Under the pieces are notes generated by a model, which ran no database searches, was not told the origin of the DNA, and was given only the letters and a program-made list of their open reading frames with translations. This document shows, one piece after another, positions 7,744 to 12,229 of a DNA stretch of 12,229 nt. This DNA is from Candidatus Fermentibacteraceae bacterium (GTDB taxonomy: Bacteria; Fermentibacterota; Fermentibacteria; Fermentibacterales; JCC-6). Location of the stretch: positions 1 through 12,229 of the forward strand of contig JAWLEP010000046.1 of NCBI GenBank assembly GCA_041686025.1. The letters run 5' to 3'. The position numbers and the translations under genes were made by a program. The first letter of the stretch is position 1, and every line of letters begins with the position of its first letter.

Positions 7744-8880
7744 TCAGTCAGACCCCTTCGGATTGGGATTCCGCCAGCGCAGCAGGGCACCCACTCCGCC
7801 GGCCCGGTCCAGGCTCTCGATGGGGTCGGTGAAGTCCACCTCCGCCCCGGTGCTCTCCAGCCGGTCGACGAGCTCCTCAACGAGGTCGGCGGGAAAGACC
7901 GACTCCGACCCACAGGCGGGACAGCGGGAAACCTCTGTGAAGTCCAGGTGGCCGCACTCCCGGCAGCGTGTGCCGGTGAGGCTCAGGCTGCGGGAGATGA
8001 CGGCCTCCTCCACCCTTCCCTCGCTCGCGGCCCGCATCACCTCGGCGAAGCCCACCTCACCCAGGCCGCCGCTGAGGTGCTGCGAGCGGATCTTACGCCA
8101 GCGCTCCCGCTCAGACTCCCTCTCGCTGCGGTCCAGCAGGCCGGCTATCTCCCGGTCCAGCTCGGTCTGCGGCCGCTTGAGGTCCACCGCCTCCACCATG
8201 GCCATCTCCGCCAGCTCCGGAGGGAGCTGCTCCACTATGGCGGACATGGTCTCCCGGCTGCCGATGAGCACCAGCCGGGTGTAGCAGACCTGCGAGCGCA
8301 GCTCCCGCAGGGCCTGCACCACGTCCTTGGCGTAGTGCAGCAGCTCCTTGTTTCGCCTGCGCTCGTAGCGCTGCTGCGACCATCCGCCCTTGCGGACGTG
8401 GTTCTTGACGTTGCCGCGGATCACCTGCTCGTCCCCGCCCCCGGGGCACTGGCAGGTCACCATCCTGATCACGGTCCTGGTGTTGTCCGCGATCACCGCA
8501 GCCGAGGTCTCGCACTCCTCGCGCAGCTCGGCCAGCGGCCGTATGTATGGGGAGGAGTCGATGTGGACCGACCGTCCGGCGTCCAGCTCCAGGGGGACGA
8601 CCAGCAACAGATCGGCCAGCCAGCAGGAGAACCCCGCCAGCGGGCCGCCGTGTTCGGTCTCCCGAAGGGCCGCCATCAACCCCTCGGCGTTGCGCCGCAG
8701 CTCCACGGCCTCGTCGGAGCCCCCGTCCCCGGCCAGCATATCCTCGGCCCGACCCAGACGGGCCTCCAGCCAGTCCAGGTCCTTCCTGCCGTGGAGGTAG
8801 ACGCTCAGGAAGGCCCTGTCGGGAGCCGAGAGCGCCGAAAGGGCCTGCAGATCAACGTCATCCAGCGCGGCGATCCTCAT
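7744..8880 (-). CDS. Bacterial archaeo-eukaryotic-type release factor homolog (aeRF1/Vms1 superfamily, baeRF10-like) with zinc ribbon
   Basis: FLSVYL near the N-terminus, SPYIRPLAEL, catalytic loop KNHVRKGGWSQQRYERRR, RLVLIGS, L7Ae-like C-terminus with CRECG...CPACG insert, ending GGVGALLRW. ATG 8880 has GGAGG upstream. Confidence 0.85.
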   Translation of the reverse strand: MRIAALDDVDLQALSALSAPDRAFLSVYLHGRKDLDWLEARLGRAEDMLAGDGGSDEAVELRRNAEGLMAALRETEHGGPLAGFSCWLADLLLVVPLELDAGRSVHIDSSPYIRPLAELREECETSAAVIADNTRTVIRMVTCQCPGGGDEQVIRGNVKNHVRKGGWSQQRYERRRNKELLHYAKDVVQALRELRSQVCYTRLVLIGSRETMSAIVEQLPPELAEMAMVEAVDLKRPQTELDREIAGLLDRSERESERERWRKIRSQHLSGGLGEVGFAEVMRAASEGRVEEAVISRSLSLTGTRCRECGHLDFTEVSRCPACGSESVFPADLVEELVDRLESTGAEVDFTDPIESLDRAGGVGALLRWRNPNPKGSD

Positions 8881-8899
8881 CCCGGCCTCCAATCCGCCA

Positions 8900-8918
8900 A
8901 ACTAGTTAACTAGTTAAC
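8900..8918. repeat. Tandem palindromic octamer (AACTAGTT)x2.4
   Basis: AACTAGTTAACTAGTTAAC; overlaps the TAG stop of the TPR gene and lies 20 bp upstream of the release-factor start. Confidence 0.8.
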
Positions 8919-9935
8919 GTCAGGCACTGATCGGAGGCGCCGGCCGACGCGGTCGGGGACGTCCACGTCCAGGCCCTTCTCCCGAAGCAGCGCCAGGTAG
9001 CGGGAGTAGTGCCTGCGGGCGGCCTCCTCCCGGCCCAGGTCCCACAGGACGTCGGCGGAGTTCAGGTGGGCCACCGCCCGGTCCGGGTCCAGCAGCAGCA
9101 CCGCCACCAGCGCCTCCAGAGCCTCCTCGGCCCGGCCGGCCTCGTGCAGGAAGAAACCGTAGTCGTTTGCAATCTCCGCCAGCCTGTCCGCGGCGATGTA
9201 CTCGCCGTAGTCGGACCCGGCCAGGTCTTCCGCTCCCCCCTGCTGCAGGTGCCAGTCGGTGTCGAAGGTGGTGAGCTCGAAGGCCTCCTCCGCGGCGTCG
9301 AACGCCTCCAGGGCGCCCTCGGCCTCCCCCGCCCGCCAGCGGTCCAGGGCCTCGGCGTGGGCGGCCTCCAGGAAACGCACGCTCAGCTCCGCGGGCACGA
9401 AGTAGCTGTGGGGGTAGAACACCTCCCCCAGCTCCTCCGCGGCCTCGGCGATGCGTCCCGCAGTCAGCAGGGAGTCTATCCGCTGCATGGCCGCAGCCGA
9501 GGGGTCGCCCGACCAGGTGCTGTCCAGCATCAGCCAGGGAATCCCCCCGGTCACCCGGTAGGAGGCGGCGTCGTAGGTGGCCCGGAAGGGGTACTGCGAG
9601 TGGAAGGTGACCATGCCGGTGCTGTCGGAGTAGCTCCACCAGCCCTTGGCGGGGTTGTACCAGCCCTCGAACTCCACCGGCCCCAGGTCGAGGGTGTCGC
9701 CCCCGCCCACACCCAGGACCCGGAGCACCAGGCTGTCGCCGGGGTTGCCGGCGGCGATCCACACGGTCTGCACGCCCCGGGCCTCCAGCCCTTCGGGGAG
9801 GCCCTCCAGCGGCAGGCAGGCGGCTATGTCCGACCGCAGCGTCTCCTTTGCCCACTCGAACCCCCCCGCCGCCGGGCCGTCTCCGGACGCGGCCAGGGCC
9901 GTCATTGCCATCAGGATGTAGCAAGCTGCAAGCAT
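8910..9935 (-). CDS. Secreted TPR-repeat protein
   Basis: Signal-like N-terminus MLAACYILMAMTALAAS; C-terminal TPRs IANDYGFFL...AEEALEAL and DPDRAVAHLNSADVLWDLGREEAARRHY; start overlaps the upstream stop (TGATG). Confidence 0.75.
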   Translation of the reverse strand: MLAACYILMAMTALAASGDGPAAGGFEWAKETLRSDIAACLPLEGLPEGLEARGVQTVWIAAGNPGDSLVLRVLGVGGGDTLDLGPVEFEGWYNPAKGWWSYSDSTGMVTFHSQYPFRATYDAASYRVTGGIPWLMLDSTWSGDPSAAAMQRIDSLLTAGRIAEAAEELGEVFYPHSYFVPAELSVRFLEAAHAEALDRWRAGEAEGALEAFDAAEEAFELTTFDTDWHLQQGGAEDLAGSDYGEYIAADRLAEIANDYGFFLHEAGRAEEALEALVAVLLLDPDRAVAHLNSADVLWDLGREEAARRHYSRYLALLREKGLDVDVPDRVGRRLRSVPDVN

Positions 9936-11104
9936 CACTGCCCCTCCGTTGCTCCCGTCAGCTCGGTCACGTTGCTGCGGGTGAAGAACCCCCGGAAGTC
10001 TCCGTAGCGGTGTATCAGCTCGGTCACCAGCATGGTGTGCGGCGAGGGCTGGCTGAAGGTCTGCCGCAGCCCCTCCTCCGGCGATCCCAGCAGGTCAATC
10101 ATGAACTCCTGGCCCCGCTCCACCAGGCTGTCCCAGGTGTCCTGTATCTCCTCGGTGTGCAGGGCCATGTGGTGCACCCTGGTGCCGTAGTTGCGGATGA
10201 ACTGCTGCGTGGGGCCCACATCGTCTCCACCGTCATCGGGCCTGATGCCGGAGGTGAACACCATGGCGAAGTCCCGGTCGGATATCCTGGCCACGTTGGT
10301 GATGGAGTTGAAGACCTTCACGTAGATGGCGAAGTCGAAGTCGTAGCCCGTGAGCTCCATGAACTCGATTATGGCCGCGTCCCTGTCCTCCGCCCTCACC
10401 CGGGTGGCGGTGTGGTCCAGCCGGCCGATGTTGCCCAGGAAGGGCAGGTCGGGCTTGCTCAGGTCCAGCGGTATGTCCTCGGCGCCGTCGGGCCGGTAGC
10501 CCTCGCGGCCCTCGTCGGTCTGCATCAGCCCCACCGACAGGCCGGTGTAGGAGGAGGGAATGGTCTGGGCCGCCTTCAGGCCCTCCGCCCGGACCTCCTC
10601 GCCGTCGATGAAGCGTACTCCCCGGCCGCGCTGTATCTCCAGGTAGGCGTCCAGGTCCGGCGTTTCGAAGAAGAAGGTCTCCAGCCTGGTGTTGGGCAGG
10701 CGGGCCGACTTGGGCCCTCCCGGAACCGCCGAGAAGGGGTTGTCGGCCTCCAGCCGGCAGCGCAGCAGCAGGTCGGCCGAGTCCTCCACCGACAGCACCA
10801 CCGTCCGGAAGCGGGAGTCACGGAAGGAGTCGGACACCGTGAATCCCGTCCGGGCAAGCAGCTCGGCCGCCGCCGGCTCCAGCCGGTCCGGCTCGGTGTT
10901 GACCACCGCGCACCGCAGCCCACCCGCCAGGCCGTCCAGGCCCAGACGGCTCCGCTCCCCGCGGACCCGGGGCACCTCCTCCTCCAGGTAGTCGTCGCTG
11001 TTTTTGAAGTTGTAGGCCCGGTGGCTGCCGCATACGGGGCAGTCCCCGCCTCCCTCCTCCACCTCGTGCACCTTCATGCAGACCGGACAGACCAGCTTTT
11101 CCAC
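9935..11104 (-). CDS. VOC-superfamily / 4-hydroxyphenylpyruvate-dioxygenase-like protein with N-terminal rubredoxin-like CxxC...CxxC domain
   Basis: N-terminal CPVC-x12-CPVC; C-terminal half has LDHTATRV, FIRNYGTRVHHMAL, LRQTFS, ELIHR...GFF, paralleling the HPPD His/His/Glu metal triad. Confidence 0.75.
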   Translation of the reverse strand: MEKLVCPVCMKVHEVEEGGGDCPVCGSHRAYNFKNSDDYLEEEVPRVRGERSRLGLDGLAGGLRCAVVNTEPDRLEPAAAELLARTGFTVSDSFRDSRFRTVVLSVEDSADLLLRCRLEADNPFSAVPGGPKSARLPNTRLETFFFETPDLDAYLEIQRGRGVRFIDGEEVRAEGLKAAQTIPSSYTGLSVGLMQTDEGREGYRPDGAEDIPLDLSKPDLPFLGNIGRLDHTATRVRAEDRDAAIIEFMELTGYDFDFAIYVKVFNSITNVARISDRDFAMVFTSGIRPDDGGDDVGPTQQFIRNYGTRVHHMALHTEEIQDTWDSLVERGQEFMIDLLGSPEEGLRQTFSQPSPHTMLVTELIHRYGDFRGFFTRSNVTELTGATEGQ

Positions 11105-11187
11105 GGCCGACAGAGCTCCTTCCCCGAAGACGGTCCACGCGGCTCCCGTCCGATGAGCTGAGCGAATCCTGTCCCCAACCGATAAGG

Positions 11188-12072
11188 TCAGAGGCTCACC
11201 AGAGCAACTCCGCCCACGGCCACCAGGGCCCCCACGACCTCCAGGCCCCGGACCCTCTTGCCCATAATCAGCACCTCCGGGGGGATGAGGAAGACCGGCA
11301 CCATGGCCATTATGGTGGCCGCCACCCCCGCCTCCACGTTGCGCACCGCCACCAGGGACAGCGATACGCCCAGGAAGGGGCCGAAGAACGCTCCCAGGGT
11401 CATCTGCCCCATGGCCCTGCGGTTGGAGACCGCCCGCCTGACCCTGCCGGTAAAACCGATTGCGGGCAGGACCAGCAGGAAGGTGACGGCCGCTGCCGCT
11501 ATCCTGATCTGGGTGGCGCTGAAGGCGTTCATGTCCCCCATGCCGTACTTGCTCAGCACCAGCCCCACCGCCTGCCCCGCCGAGCCCAGGAGGGCCAGCA
11601 GTATGCCCCCCAGGGAATGCGCCAGCCGCATGGGCTCACCCCGGCGCTTGGTGAGGACCACCAGGCTGATCCCGGCGATGGTCACCGCCATGCCCAGCCA
11701 GGTCCTGGCGGACAGGGTCTCGCCCAGTATCGCCCAGCTGGTTACGGCCGTGATGGGAGGGACCAGTGTGAATATCACCATGGAGATCCTGCTGCCGATG
11801 AGCACGAAGGCCCGGAACAGGCACAGGTCCCCCAGCACGAAGCCCACAATCCCCGACAGCGACAGCCAGATCCAGGCGTGTCGGCCGGCGTCCAGGGGCA
11901 GGGCCTTCCCCCGGCTGATCAGGGAGAAGACGGTGAGGAAGGCAAGCCCGGCCAGCAGCCGCAGGAAGTTCACCGGCACCGAGCCCACCCTGCGGCCGGC
12001 CGCCTCGAAGGACATGACGGTGACCGTCCAGCAGAGCGCGGTTCCGAACGCCGCCAGCTCGCCTATGCCCAA
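11188..12072 (-). CDS. DMT/EamA-family transporter
   Basis: About 10 hydrophobic segments in two EamA repeats; GELAAFGTALCW, GFVLGDLCLFRAF, ILGETLS, GAFFGPFLGV; TTG start with GGAG upstream. Confidence 0.9.
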   Translation of the reverse strand: MGIGELAAFGTALCWTVTVMSFEAAGRRVGSVPVNFLRLLAGLAFLTVFSLISRGKALPLDAGRHAWIWLSLSGIVGFVLGDLCLFRAFVLIGSRISMVIFTLVPPITAVTSWAILGETLSARTWLGMAVTIAGISLVVLTKRRGEPMRLAHSLGGILLALLGSAGQAVGLVLSKYGMGDMNAFSATQIRIAAAAVTFLLVLPAIGFTGRVRRAVSNRRAMGQMTLGAFFGPFLGVSLSLVAVRNVEAGVAATIMAMVPVFLIPPEVLIMGKRVRGLEVVGALVAVGGVALVSL

Positions 12073-12076
12073 CGCT

Positions 12077-12190
12077 CTACTCCAGCAGCTCCCGGCCGGC
12101 CCTGCGGGCCTCTTCGGCCAGCACCTCCCGCACCAGCGTGTCCGTCGCCTCGCCCCTGCGGGGGCTTCCCACGACGCCTATGATCTTCAT
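12077..12190 (-). pseudogene. 37-aa remnant of a flavodoxin-fold NADPH-dependent FMN reductase / iron-sulfur flavoprotein gene
   Basis: Not in the ORF track. GGGAGG RBS then MKIIGVVGSPRRGEATDTLVREVLAEEARRAGRELLE*; GSPR...T is the FMN-phosphate loop of this family, whose members are normally much longer. Confidence 0.7.
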
Positions 12191-12229
12191 GCATCCTCCC
12201 TGCTGAAGTCCTTCCGCATACCCCGCGAG

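Noticed and set aside
7363..8913. 516-aa plus-strand ORF and other long shadow ORFs (259..1020, 2582..3913, 9009..10007, 9848..11161)
   Set aside because: Overlap well-supported genes on the other strand or frame; long stop-free shadows are expected at this GC content.

Overview
GC-rich bacterial window; a T9SS/FlgD-type C-terminal sorting domain suggests an FCB-group lineage (inference). Contents in order: 5' end of a probable TetR regulator with tandem operators and a promoter; pcm carrying a lipoprotein-type signal; a DUF378 membrane protein; a 4Fe-4S aldo/keto reductase; a class III cyclase-STAND ATPase-TPR protein; a secreted Asp-box beta-propeller protein; and a minus-strand cluster (37-aa flavodoxin remnant, EamA transporter, rubredoxin-like/HPPD-like VOC fusion, secreted TPR protein, bacterial aeRF1-like release factor). 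Main observation: the propeller gene, split by the ORF track into 5396..6679 and 6761..7666, reads as one continuous 734-codon frame (5462..7666) interrupted by a single in-frame TGA (6677-6679). A perfect 8-bp hairpin with a GGU loop follows at a spacing typical of bacterial SECIS elements, so this is a candidate secreted, T9SS-sorted selenoprotein. A nonsense mutation or sequencing error cannot be excluded from this window alone.
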